A DNA stretch of 63,826 nt, counting the filler, from Octopus bimaculoides (lineage: Eukaryota), in assembly GCF_001194135.2 (NCBI RefSeq). It is 6 parts of 6 records of this genome, joined end to end, with 100 filler letters (N's around TTAATTAATTAA, not from the genome) between each part and the next. Parts side by side here need not be neighbours in the genome. Positions count along the whole stretch, not along the records: positions 18,230 to 38,450 come from NC_068984.1; positions 38,551 to 52,141 come from NC_068995.1; 4 more parts are not named here. One strand, 5' to 3'. Under the pieces are notes generated by a model. It was not told the origin of the DNA and made no database searches. It was given only the letters and a program-made list of their open reading frames with translations. Positions 36,660-49,687 of the stretch are shown here, piece by piece; position 1 is the stretch's first letter, and every line of letters begins with the position of its first letter. Both the position numbers and the translations under genes were made by a program.

Positions 36660-37360
36660 TTAGCAAGGAGCCTGGTGGGGTTGACAAAACAAACTTGAAA
36701 CTAGCCAGCTCTGAGGAGCAGAAGCCTTTGTAGTACCAATAGAAACAGCAGACAGAGGAGACATCTGTGGGTCAGAGGTCAATCAGTCAAATGGCCTTTC
36801 TTTGAATATAGTTTGTGATGTCTGTGTGTGCAGCAGCAACACCACTCTAGAAGTGAGAGCATTACTTCATTGTGAGTATCACTTGAGCTTAGCTGAGGAT
36901 CAGTAATTGTTGTAGGGCTGAAGTATAATTAAGCTCTAAAGAGGAAGACCAGTCTCTGAAAAATTGTTCAAGATATGTTAAAGATGTGCAATCACTATGA
37001 GAGATTTTCAGTGATTGTGAAATCTAGCACTTTGAGCTTCTCATGTTTAAGATGCCATAAAGTGTAATGATGCTTTCTTGATATGATCAGTGCTTGTACC
37101 TTTTAGCTGTTGAAAAAGATACAATTGGCATGACTACACTGAAATATACTTCTGAGGTCTTTTTCTCCTGGAGTTACTGGGAGTTTGACACGAGGTATCT
37201 AAGCTGCATGTGTATAGAAGGTCATGGGAGACTGAATAGTGCTGTTACCTGTGTGAGAGTTGGAGGTTCTCTACATCAGTGATCTGATGTAGAAAAGGAA
37301 AAGAGTGATAAACAGGACTGAACCCTAGGGTACACCAGAGTTGATAAAGTGCATGATGTT
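36660..37360 (-). mobile_element. Highly degenerate CR1-like LINE fragment (endonuclease end/linker)
   Basis: Weak remnants GTSTDH (cf. GSSDH), TLWHLK (cf. TVWHY), HRHH.LY (cf. HRNHYFHLY) across frames. Confidence 0.35.
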
Positions 37361-37925
37361 TTGCAGACACATTTTTATAGCCATCATGTATGTACACGTG
37401 TTTAATGGCTGAAATATAGTACGCACACGTGTGTACTGAAATTATAAAATTACACACTACTGATTGGTTGATTGATTGATGTATGTATGTATTTACGTAC
37501 ATGCAGACACACACACACTCACACACAAGATGGGCTTTCAATTTCTATCTGCTAAATCCATTCACAAGGCCTTGGTTGCCCCAGATCTGTAGCAGAAGAC
37601 ACTTGCTCAAATTGCCACACAATAGGACTGAACTTGAAACATGTGGTTGAGAAACAAACTTATTACCACATGGCCACACCTCGTTCACAATATTGTTACA
37701 CAGGATCAAAAAATAAACTAGATCTACATCAGTTGTACAATATAAAACAGTAATTCCAGAATCAGTTTTCTAATAATGGTACATAACCTTTTATGGTTCC
37801 TTTGATTGGATTCTTTGAGGTTTCTACCATGACTATTTCGATAACAAAGCTAAAAAAAAAGAAAAATAAGCATTGCTAAATGTTACAATCTCTGACTAGA
37901 ATTCTATAATAGAAATTTTGTTTCA

Positions 37926-38105
37926 TTATCACTGGTAGCATCATCATCATCATCATCATCAACATCATCATCATCGTCATCATCACCATCACCGTTATCA
38001 TTATTATTAACACCATGATAACAAACATCGTCATCATCACCCTGCCCACCACCACCACCACCACCACCACTTTCATCATTGTCATCACTGTCATCACCAT
38101 CACTG
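37926..38105. repeat. (CAT)n/(CAC)n trinucleotide low-complexity tract
   Basis: Direct inspection; explains the poly-D/poly-M/poly-G ORFs. Confidence 0.9.
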
Positions 38106-38375
38106 ACAATGTTATAGCAAGTTGCCTGGCTACATTTAGCATTCATTGCAAAATCAAATAATGCAATTGGCCAGTTACAATCAAATTTTGTATCCAAGAC
38201 GTGTGATCTGAAGAGAGGTTTTTAGGACTATATACATACATACATACATATATATGTATATACATGCATATATGAGTGTTTATATATATATATATATATA
38301 TATAATACAAATAATAAATGAGTATATGCATATATACGTACATGTATGTGCATACCTACATCTACCTGTATATAT

Positions 38376-38450
<75 letters not shown>

Positions 38451-38555
38451 NNNNNNNNNNNNNNNNNNNNNNNNNNNNNNNNNNNNNNNNNNNNTTAATT
38501 AATTAANNNNNNNNNNNNNNNNNNNNNNNNNNNNNNNNNNNNNNNNNNNNATCAC

Positions 38556-38602
38556 AAAATCTGTTACTCAGAGTTTCACGTTCCCGTTCGTCGGACAGTT
38601 TT
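38556..38602 (-). ncRNA. Minimal type-I hammerhead ribozyme-like motif
   Basis: Minus strand AAAACUGU CCGACGA ACG-GGAA-CGU GAA ACUC-U-GAGU A / ACAGAUUUU: stem I, core (U4 replaced by C), 3-bp stem II with GNRA loop, palindromic helix III, UA cleavage site. Activity untested. Confidence 0.6.
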
Positions 38603-39718
38603 GTTTAGAATAGAGCAACACAAAAGTTAAATGCAGAAATACAATTACTTTGGTAGGGACACATTTGAAAATATTTTTGTTTCATTGGTCCTTTCAACTA
38701 ATGGTCTTTTCAGTAACCAGTTTCATGAAATAACAAATTGCGGTTTAAAATTATATTATTATAAAAATCGAAGAAAACCCTAAGTAAAAAATAGCTTATG
38801 AAGAAGGAAAAAGGCCTGAATATCCAGGGTAAATAATTAGCTGTAAAAATAATAATAAATTAATAAATTAAAAGATATATCTGTTTAAAAATTTTTCACG
38901 CTAAATTACATACACATTTAGCAATACATACACATACCAAGCAATCTATAACATACATATATACACTAAACATACAGACGTAGCTACATGGCTATATACA
39001 TATACAGACATATATAGTCAAAACATAAATGTATACAAATGTATATATATATGTATGCATGTCTCCCTGTTTATGTATCTCTTACGCATGCTACTCCCCT
39101 TCCCTCTCTCTCTCTCTCCTGTTATGACATAGTTGCTTTCATTTTGTTTAAAACGTCGTCGTTGTAATGCCTTCTTTCAATTTGTGATACACAGCTATCA
39201 TGCAGAAAATGTTAGCTTCCAAATCCTGTTTTTTCATTGGGTAAAAATTATCAAATTTTAAACCTCTAATATTAATGTAAAATTTTTCTGGAATAAATGA
39301 ACCATAAAATCGGATTCAGAGTGATAAAGTACATCAACATGCCAAGTTTGAAAATTTCTACTAAATTATAAAATTTCCAAATCTGTGACAGCAAGGTCTC
39401 TCTCTTTCTCGCTCTTTCTTTCTGTTTGTTTATTTCACTCACGCTTTTCTCATTGTAAAATACCCACTCTCTCAATATATTTATCACAATCTCACTCTTC
39501 CTCTGTGTATGTACATCACTCACGCTGTGAGTATGTGTGTCTGTGTGCGCGTGTGCTGGTGTGTATATGTGTGTGTCAGTGTGTGTGTATGCATATGCAT
39601 AAGTAATTTCATTAGGGTGACAGAGTCGAAAGACACTCACAAAGCACCAGCAACAAGCTAAGAAAGATCTTTACATTTATGCGCCAAACGGAAAAATAAA
39701 AACTTAATTTATCGAAAC

Positions 39719-39914
39719 TTACTCATTTACTCTTTTACTTGTTTCAGTCATTTGACTTCGGCCATGCTGGAGCACCGCCTTTATAGTCGAGCAAATCGAC
39801 CCCAGAGCTTATTATTTGTAAGCCTAGTACTTATTCTATCGAACTCTTTTACCGAACCGCTAAGTTACGGGGACGTAAACACACCAGCATCGGTTGTCAA
39901 GCGATGCTGGGGGA

Positions 39915-39968
<54 letters not shown>

Positions 39969-40154
39969 CATATAAGACGGGCTTCTTCTAGTTTCCGTCT
40001 ACCAAATCCACTCACAAGGCTATGGTCGGCCCGAGGCTATAGTCGGCCCGAGGCTATAGTAGAAGAAACTTGCCCAAGGTGCCACGCAATGGGACAGAAC
40101 CCGGGACCATGTGGTTGGTAAGCAAGCTACTTACCACACAGCCATTCCTGCGCC
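39719..40154 (-). mobile_element. SINE family B, full length, with TSD and internal 17-bp tandem duplication
   Basis: TSD TA(A/G)TTTATCGAAAC at 39705-39718 and 40155-40168; GTCGGCCCGAGGCTATA occurs twice. Confidence 0.92.
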
Positions 40155-40289
40155 TAGTTTATCGAAACATTATAAATTACTCTAGATAATGCAGAAAAGA
40201 GTCCTGATCAAGAGGCATATCTGTCAGAAAAAAGAAAATTGAAATGAAGGCATTTTATTGTAAAAATTGTTCGGCAATGACAGGATCTA

Positions 40290-40347
<58 letters not shown>

Positions 40348-40507
40348 NNNNNNNNNNNNNNNNNNNNNNNNNNNNNNNNNNNNNNNNNNNNNNNNNNNNN
40401 NNNNNNNNNNNNNNNNNNNNNNNNNNNNNNNNNNNNNNNNNNNNNNNNNNNNNNNNNNNNNNNNNNNNNNNNNNNNNNNNNNNNNNNCCCACCCACCCAC
40501 ACACACA

Positions 40508-40542
<35 letters not shown>

Positions 40543-40799
40543 TATTATATTTTATACAATATATTTTTCTTTTGTTTCAGTCATTGGACTGCGGCCCTGC
40601 TGGAGAAACGCCTTGGAAGGTTTTAGTTGAAATGCTCAGCTACTTAGTTTTCAGTCTGGTTCATTTTCCATCGTCTCTTTTGACGTACCGCTAAGTCGCG
40701 AGGACGTAAGCAAATCAACACCGATTGTCAAGTGGTGGGGGAGCAAAAACAGACACAAAGACATACATACATCAGGTTTCCTTAGAGTTTCTGTTTACC

Positions 40800-41000
40800 A
40801 AATGATGTTCCATTTTATCTGGGGAACACCATTGCTAAAGCCAGAAAATACAGAGGATAGAACATCAAATGTGAACTCTGTATCACTGAAAAACTAAATA
40901 TCATATAGCCTAAAGATAACATCCTAAATATTAGGGACGAAATTTTCTCTCCCTGCATACACAAGTAATATTTCACACTTAAACACTTCAAAGAGGAACC
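40800..41000 (+). mobile_element. Penelope-like element, GIY-YIG C-terminal fragment
   Basis: KCELCITEKLNII..KDNILNIRDEIFSPCIHK carries the CxxC..LNxRxE..CxH end motif of PLE endonucleases. Confidence 0.7.
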
Positions 41001-42032
41001 ACTACCTGCGCCGCTAATTCCACAAAATAGCCCTTTTTGTGAACGTGAAATTTGAATATACATAACAGAAAGAAGAACAATTGTTAAGATATTAAGATAT
41101 TTTCGTATTTCTTTTAACATGAAACCAATAGTAGCCTTAATTCACAAATAAAGAAATTCTATCCACCAATGCGGTGTTGAGCACAGCATTTTCCTCGTTT
41201 GACATTTACAAACTGATATTTTTGAGTTTGTTATTCACTGTTTAAATAGTGAGTGTTTAATTACAAATATACACATATGCAAACGCAAACGCACACACAC
41301 ACACACACACATACACACACACGCACACACAGACACACACACATACANNNNNNNNNNNNNNNNNNNNNNNNNNNNNNNNNNNNNNNNNNNNNNNNNNNNN
41401 NNNNNNNNNNNNNNNNNNNNNNNNNNNNNNNNNNNNNNNNNNNNNNNNNNNNNNNNNNNNNNNNNNNNNNNNNNNNNNNNNNNNNNNNNNNNNNNNNNNN
41501 NNNNNNNNNNNNNNNNNNNNNNNNNNNNNNNNNNNNNNNNNNNNNNNNNNNNNNNNNNNNNNNNNNNNNNNNNNNNNNNNNNNNNNNNNNNNNNNNNNNN
41601 NNNNNNNNNNNNNNNNNNNNNNNNNNNNNNNNNNNNNNNNNNNNNNNNNNNNNNNNNNNNNNNNNNNNNNNNNNNNNNNNNNNNNNNNNNNNNNNNNNNN
41701 NNNNNNNNNNNNNNNNNNNNNNNNNNNNNNNNNNNNNNNNNNNNNNNNNNNNNNNNNNNNNNNNNNNNNNNNNNNNNNNNNNNNNNNNNNNNNNNNNNNN
41801 NNNNNNNNNNNNNNNNNNNNNNNNNNNNNNNNNNNNNNNNNNNNNNNNNNNNNNNNNNNNNNNNNNNNNNNNNNNNNNNNNNNNNNNNNNNNNNNNNNNN
41901 NNNNNNNNNNNNNNNNNNNNNNNNNNNNNNNNNNNNNNNNNNNNNNNNNNNNNNNNNNNNNNNNNNNNNNNNNNNNNNNNNNNNNNNNNNNNNNNNNNNN
42001 NNNNNNNNNNNNNNNNNNNNNNNNNNNNNNNN

Positions 42033-42102
<70 letters not shown>

Positions 42103-42104
42103 GG

Positions 42105-43690
42105 TGAAAGAAAGACGGAAGATGGAATATACGAGAATTTTAATTTTAATTACGACAATTGTTTCGACACATCTAGCATTGATCGCTCACGGGTGGGACA
42201 CTTATCAACTGGTTCAGGAGCATCCGGCGGTGCAGATGTATCTCATCGGGTGGTAAATAGATACAACTCGTTAAAATACAGTTTCGCAATGTATCTTCTC
42301 ATTTCGTAGAAAGAAAAGCAGCAAAGCAAAGGAACATCATTTATATCGGAGATCAAAAATAAAATCACAGATGCAAAAAAGAAACGAACACGCAAGATAG
42401 TGAGAAAAGTATTAAAAATAACCGTTAATCGATGTGTTTGTATAAACGCTCTCGCACAAGCTGCATGATGCGCGTACACTCGCTCATACAAGCATCCGCG
42501 AAAATATAAGCATATGCACACGTGTGGTTTGGTGCACTCACGACTGCAAAGCAAGTTAAATAGCTACTTGGTGTTTATAAGAATGGAGAGTTTAAAGCTA
42601 AACTTAATTCGTCCATACCTTAAAGTAGATTATGTTAACAGTTACTCAAATTCATTCCCACTGCATTGTGCGAGAGTGCAATTATATGCGCGTAGGCATC
42701 TTGAGTGTCTTTCCTCGAAGCAGAATCGGCACCCCCTGGAAATTATATTGTATGGTTTTGCGTGCCTTAATATGGACCAAGTTATGTTGTACTTAATTTT
42801 ATCTTCCTTTAGTCGCCATACAAAATCGGCCAAAGATGTTAAATATTTCTTATTGATTCTCTTGAAGCTGGCAACATGGTTGCGATAGCGATTCTTAAAT
42901 GAATCAGCCGTCTGCTCAATGTAAGCATACGGCCCTCCCCTTGTGTGCACAGTACATTTATATACAAGATTTGTACTCATACTGAGGTTCATCAATAGAC
43001 ATTTTAATTTTTCTCTGTATGAGCATTTATCTTATTTATTCGTATATATGGCTGTTACGACTCCGTTTTTCGACGTTGTTACCGTGTTAGCTACATCATA
43101 AGCATTTATACTATTACAATTTGGCAGCAATTGGTACTTTTCATTGCGGTTTCATTGGTATTTAGATGTGCATGTTCGCTATATCTAGTAGGTGGGTTCT
43201 TGAATTGTTGTCACATTTGACTATTGTTTATACGGTGCATACGCTGCTCTAAATTAATAGAGTTAGAGTAGGATACCTTCACGGTGTACCATTTAAAAAT
43301 GGCATGATATCGATTAGATTTAAGAAAACATTTGTCCAAAGCGGCAAAATATTTTCCAGCGATCTTGGTTGAAACATGCGAACCGAAAATTGAGTTGAAC
43401 CAAAGGACATTCTGATTCCTATATCTATTGTTAAACTTATTTGATCGAGTGTGTTGAACAGGATTGGGACAATTTATAGTGTTACGGGCAGTTGGATTAT
43501 TACGTCGTGTGTGTCTATGAGTTTTCGTTGGTAGTTCATAGTCTTGACCAATTCTTCCTGACCTGTATTCTCTATCTGAGTTCTCATACAGTGACATTGT
43601 GATGGTGTACAATGTGTATTGCTATTGGAGGGATTGCCAGTGTTGTGTATGCCTGCTTCTTGTAAATATTAAATTTTTCATGGTACTCAT
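42105..43690 (-). mobile_element. Penelope-like element 3' half (RT C-terminus, GIY-YIG endonuclease, pseudo-LTR), flanked by (CA)n
   Basis: 43612-43211: VLWFNSIF..VSTKIAGKYF..TVKVSYS (cf. WFNPPF..VSTNIG..TVKVSYS); 42995-42642: LVYKCTV..YIEQT..FKNRYRNH..SF..W.LK..W.I..CRFC; hammerhead-like motif at 42148-42258. Confidence 0.88.
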
Positions 43691-43718
43691 CCCTAGATAA
43701 AGCAGTATTATATATGTG

Positions 43719-43831
<113 letters not shown>

Positions 43832-44587
43832 GAAGACATACGTACACCGCATGCGTGTGGATACCGGTACGGATGTATGTATGCATGTCTCTGAGTTTCG
43901 TGCGTTGGCTTGCGAATTATGCTGTCTGGAATGAGAGATATATTATTTTAGTGGAATAGTAGTTTAACTGCTGTTTCTAAATTTCGGTATGTAGTGAAGC
44001 AATTTTTGCTGAACCCTAATTTTAATTATGTTTATAATTATAAAACTTTTGTATAAGTTTACCGATAATGGTTTTTTAACATACCGAACTACTTGGTAAA
44101 ATTATTAATTATTAATTAATTATTAATTTNNNNNNNNNNNNNNNNNNNNNNNNTATATATATATATATATATGTATTTCAAGGGTTTAATAAAAATATAG
44201 CAAAGGAAAAATTTAACAAAAGCAAACGGAAGAGTTGATAAAACCATAACAAGCGGAAAATCCGTAGCTAATACCTCATCAGTAATCTTACAAGAGATTA
44301 TAGCAGTTACGCTCCGTTATCGTTGAGACCACTCCTTCTGGGAGCTGCCAAAGGCCACTGGGAATAGTTAACGGATGTACAGGACAGTGATAAAAACAAA
44401 CGAGACAAACTAAAATAAATATAATAATTATATTTAAAAAAAATGCCGTGCGGCTATCAGACAGACGAATATGGATAGCACAAAGGAAAATGAAAATGTC
44501 CTAAAGGACTGGAGATATGAGAATTGATATATGTGTATTTGTATGGGTATGTGTTGGTATATGTATATGTATGTATATATGTATATA

Positions 44588-45788
44588 TTAGGTTGTCGGG
44601 AAAGTTCTGAGTTTTTTATGTAAGGGATATAATTGATCTTTCTATAAATTTTATTCAGTGAAGTCATTTCCATTATTATTAATGACTTTTGCTCATCTAT
44701 CAGGCAATTTAAATATTCCATCAGTATAAAGTTTGACTGGTTTTGAAGAAAAATAGTTATCTAGATGCATTTTGACTCCATCTAAATCGTTAAATGCTTT
44801 CCTTGCACTGAGGTTTGTAGAGACAAAAACGAGTGGTAGTCGGATGGCGCAACATCAGGAGAATATGGTGGATGGGGTAAGAGATCTCAGCTAAGTTCAT
44901 GTAACTTTGTTCGGGGAGCCAAAGACACATTTGGTCGGGCATTGTCTTGTTGTCTCCGGTCTCAATTCTTTGATTTTGTTTTTGTTCAAATTAGCCGGCT
45001 GACGAGAGTACACATCAGAATTAATGGTCTGGTTTTGTGAGAGAAGCTTATAATAAGTAATGCCTTTAAGGTCCCACTAGACACAAAGCACAACTTTTTT
45101 TGACATGGATATTCGTCTCTAGTTGCTGTTTTGGGGGATCCTAACGCAGACTCCTGGATCTTTTTCGCATTACGTTTTCGTATACAACCCATTTTTCATC
45201 TTCAGTCACAAGTTGTTTAAAAAAAGCATGCTTTCATTCCGTTTCAAAAGTATATCATAAACAGAATACCGGCCCAAGCAATTCTTTTCTGAGAGTTTGT
45301 GAGGGACCCATACGTTATAGCGAGAAATGTATCCTAACTTCACTAGGTGTTCATGAACCGTACTTTTAGAAACTTCCAGCTCCTCTGCAAGTTCTCTAGT
45401 CGTGATATTTGAGTTTTCTTCGATTTTTGCCTTCAAAACTTCTCCCTCCAAATTTGAATGTCTTCCACTGCGACTGTCATCTTCCAAGCTAAATTCTCCA
45501 GTTTTAGATTTTGCAAACCACATTCGAACAGTTGATTCACTAACAGCATCATCACCATAAACTTCACTAATATTTTTGTAAGTATTTGCAGTATTTTGGT
45601 TATCCATTTCAAATATCAATAAAGGGTAACCGGAATGAAAGATAAATCTATTTTAATCAGGAACAAAGAAGACATGCACTACCACTTCAAGCAACGCCAA
45701 AGTTTTAACTGTGTTACGCTTCGGGTGTGTTCAATGAAGCGTTAAGAGATTTAGCTTTAAAACGCTCAGAACTTTCCAGACAACCTAA
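44588..45788 (-). mobile_element. Full-length mariner, transposase pseudogene about 45607-44651
   Basis: TIRs TTAGGTTGTCGGGAAAGTTCTGAG / CTCAGAACTTTCCAGACAACCTAA with TA TSD; RSGR, WVPHKL and HPPYSPDVAPSDYH motifs; frameshifts and stops. Confidence 0.93.
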
Positions 45789-46029
45789 TATATAGATGAT
45801 CATATGCGTGCATATATATGTGCAGGAGGAGGTACCCAAAAGTAACTGGAAACGTTCTCTGTGGGACAAACCCGTTGTAGCCCAGGTTTCCGCTGCTAGA
45901 AGCCACTCAAGCATCAGTTTATATTATATAATTATATAATATATATAAATGAATATTATATATAAATATGTAATGTGTATAAATATATATTATATATACC
46001 TATATAATATATATAAACATATACATAAA

Positions 46030-47170
46030 CTGCTAAAAATTTCCAATGTTGGAATCCGTCTTAAACTGCTGCACTGGATTAAGTATTTCCTGGTGAATAG
46101 AACCAAACAAGTTGTGATCGATAGAATTTACTCAAGTCCAGCAAAAGATACTCGTGGTGTTCCCCAGGAGGCCGGTTTGTGTCCACGTCTTTTCATAGTC
46201 AATATAAACAATATCTCTATATCATTAGGCACAGCAAAATAAAAATATTTGCAGATGACTCCAAGTTCTAAATTCTTTTCCAAGAAGCAGACCGAACAAA
46301 ACTCCTGTCTGATCTACATGTTGTAAGTGAATGAGCGGAGAGAAACAATATGCTGTCAAATGTAGGGAAATTTGAACACATGCAGTTTAGAAAAGCTTGT
46401 GCGTTCAATCAGTCATAGTCTCTTCCTTCAGGAAAACCACTCACAGCATGAGTGACTTCGGAGAGACTTCGGAGAGACTTCGGAGAGACTTCAGAGAGAC
46501 TTCGGAGAGACTTCGGAGTGGAGTAACTATTGACAAAGTTCTCAGCTGGAATATTCACGTCAACTAAAAAGTCGATGTGACATGCGAGATGAGCTCCTGG
46601 ATCCTTAGAAAATTTCCGGTCTAGAGAGCAGATGTCTCCATTCCCATTTTCTTCTCCTTTGTACAGCCTCATCTAAAATAGAGTTGCTCCCTTGTGCAAA
46701 ATAAAATATTACGAGAATTGTATCACTTCAGAGATCAATCAAAAAATACATAGTGATCTAGGTTATTCTCCAACGCCACCACGAGCATTGCGCTATTTGT
46801 AGAATGTGGAGAATAAACCACCAGGATTGCCCAGGAGACCTTAACATCAAATTCAGAATTCATTCAAATTTTGGAATCCATGCCATACAATACTACATAA
46901 CTCAGGTTCACTGCCACACAATTTATTTTTCCTCAAAGGCTTTGCTTTATTTAACATTATACCAAAACAGATAAAAGAAAAAAGAAAGATCCCATCGCCT
47001 TCAGACGATAGGTGGAAAAATTTCTTCAAGACACGTCGGACAAATCTGGATACATCTCACTCAGCAACAACTCTCTACTTAACATAGAAATGACATAAGA
47101 GAATTTATCAGGTGGTGCTATTAAGATAACCATGGCCTGGGCCACTTTTGACCGAAACATATCTAAGTTT
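46030..47170 (+). mobile_element. CR1/L2-group LINE 3' portion (RT and 3' end), degenerate
   Basis: WIKYFLVNRTKQVV..RGVPQE..LF, then KIFADDSK; 3' end GGTGGTGCT..CATGGCC..TGACCGAAAC. Confidence 0.8.
46454..46518 (+). repeat. 11-bp tandem repeat GACTTCGGAGA x6
   Basis: Direct inspection, one unit with a G>A change. Confidence 0.95.
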
Positions 47171-47541
47171 AAAGGTCGATAAATATAAAATACATGTATG
47201 TTACAACTATGTAAGGAGGTATGTGTGTGTGTGTAAGCACGGACAACGTTGCGTGTTTAAAAAGTTCACAGGTACGTAGGTTCGATTTAATGTCATGGGA
47301 TCATGTTTCATTGCAAGCCTCTTCTCGATTAATCCCTTGTGAGTAAGTATAGGGGTATGACTACCAACTACGTATGCATCCTATTTAATGCTGGGGATGT
47401 TTCATTTATGAAGACGTACTCCTGCATTTGTCTGAGTGCTGGGTTCTTCGGGTGCTTGAATAAAATGCGGACACAAGCTGACACAGGTTGCCTCCATATT
47501 GGTCTTTGGCATGTTGGTAGAGTATGGAGGACTGTTTTTGT

Positions 47542-47580
<39 letters not shown>

Positions 47581-47589
47581 AAGAGTTTC

Positions 47590-47639
<50 letters not shown>

Positions 47640-48610
47640 TTCCTTATGCATTCCAAAACTGAGTTGCCGATTTTGACGTATGGAATATCAAAAGATTCAC
47701 TAGGCTTTTGGCTGCCAGATAAACTATATTTCACTCACATATTTGCATTACAAAAATTTAACATTGTCATTTTTCTTTTAGTCACCCATCGTAAACATTT
47801 TATATCGCCATCACAATGACAATGACGTCATATTTTCTATATGAATGTATTCACGCGTTCGTTACCTACGTTAGGCCGATGACTGACAAGTATATGTGTC
47901 TGTCAGTATACAAACATTTTTGTGACGACCGACACACAGAGGAACAGAGATAGGCTTCAGGTGTGCGTTAATGTATGTGTGTGTGTGTCTTACTTTATGT
48001 ATGTACCTTTCTCTCGCCCAACAGTGAAACGCACCGATATTGAAAGTTTAGTCGCGGCCTGGATTTTAAACGAACAGCAGTGTTCACTTTGAAGTACTAC
48101 CAACATGAAGATTTGGCTGATTTAACATCACTCACAGTTCTCGCAAATATTTCTGAAAAAAATATTATTCTGCTTATAACAAATTCGGAAACTTGGCGAA
48201 GTAGAAAGCATCAGCGGCTCTTTCCATATAGTTACAGAAATGTTATTCCACTCGTAACCAGTTTCAAGATAATGTTTTTCTAACAGTCCTTGTGTGTATC
48301 ACTGTTGCACAACATTTTTACTACGTTAGTCAGTATTTATTCTACAGCCTGTAACGTTACACAGTTAAAAAATATGTAGTAATGTCAAATTAATTTATAT
48401 CTTGCTACATATATCCTTCAGTAAATATTTTAAATTAACGTTACAACAACATCTTCCTTTCTATACACTTGATTCAGCGATCGTTTCAAAACTGTAAAAT
48501 AAATTATTTTTGTATGAAAAATTGAATTATGCCTTCTGTCTTGGACTTTCACTTTCTTCACCGTAATATTCAATCGTGAATTCTATAACATTTAGTACAT
48601 GTTCCAAATA

Positions 48611-48788
48611 ACTTTTGCTAAATTGGTGACTTCCCATTTTTTATAGCATAATTAGGCTACAGAAAGTATGTTTTGCACCTATATTGACTGCATTTAGTCA
48701 CTTTTGCTAAATTGGTAACTTTCCATTTTTTATAGCATAACTATGCCACAGAAAGTATGTTTTGCACCTATATTGATTACATTTAGTT
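48611..48788 (+). repeat. 89-bp tandem duplication
   Basis: ACTTTTGCTAAATTGGT...GCACCTATATTGA..ACATTTAGT at 48611 and 48700. Confidence 0.9.
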
Positions 48789-48879
48789 TCGTTTGAATTT
48801 CGTATGTATACATTTTGCTGTTTTCAATATCATCAATTCTATGAGTGTGCGCCTGCGTTCCTTAGTTTATTGTAAACTA

Positions 48880-49260
48880 TAGTAAAGAACATTTTACGCT
48901 GCTTTAATGAGCCACATCTAATGAAGTATCCATCCTTATGGATGGTAATCCCTATGAAAATCATGATATTGTCATTCGTGTTCGAGATAACAACCTTAAA
49001 CGTGTTTCACAGACTCATCCCTCTTATCATACTCTCCGGTATACTCTTATTCTGTGGAATGGACAAGGTGGGTATCATTTCAATATTCTGCGGATTGAAC
49101 CTGAAACAAGATAGCCAATTACAAACAAAAAGGTGTCATCAAATGATTTTCTATTCTTACCAACTGATGTTAAGACCAGAACAATCAATTCAATTACACA
49201 TGTCAAATAAACTTTATTTTCATTTACATATTTTCTACGTTATCTCAACAACCAGCTATA
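48880..49260 (+). mobile_element. Helitron Rep/helicase gene fragment
   Basis: Broken frame RCFNEP..NEVSILMDG..DIVIR..LKRVSQTHPSYHTLRYTLILWNGQGGYHFNI..KKVSS..YSYQLMLR matches the Helitron pre-Rep region (HRSYDALQYPL.FW.GEDGYH). The listed 155-aa ORF is mostly the wrong frame. Confidence 0.8.
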
Positions 49261-49611
49261 GTTATTTCAAATACATACACTTTTCAACAACGACCAGGTT
49301 TCATTACGAAAATGAAAATAGTTTCAGACTTTCAATTTCAACCAAAATTACTAAGTGTTGCATTACGAGAGTGATGATGTGTGAATAATCAAAATGATGT
49401 TTCTCCAAATTAGTCACATCTTTATTATAATAAAGAAAGTTGCTTATTATCTAACTACCCAATAAACTATGTTTTTGACTCAACAACTCTTTTTTACAAC
49501 TAAAATAACCTCGGCAGCTACGTTGGGTCGCACGATTTTCAGGCCATATTCGGACAATATTTTAATTTGCTTCCAATATTTCACTTTCATCCGATGTTTA
49601 TGTAATTTTCC

Positions 49612-49680
<69 letters not shown>

Positions 49681-49687
49681 ATATATA

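Noticed and set aside
37876-38197. Poly-D/poly-G and poly-M/V ORFs
   Set aside because: Translation of (CAT)n/(CAC)n; no splice or homology support.
44255-44300. CTGATGAG on minus strand as a hammerhead
   Set aside because: No GAAA or helix III at a compatible distance; similar partial matches near 20079 and 47876 rejected for the same reason.
47960-48500. Possible hAT transposase remnant on minus strand
   Set aside because: Only a weak AVRLKSRP likeness; no TIR or second motif found.
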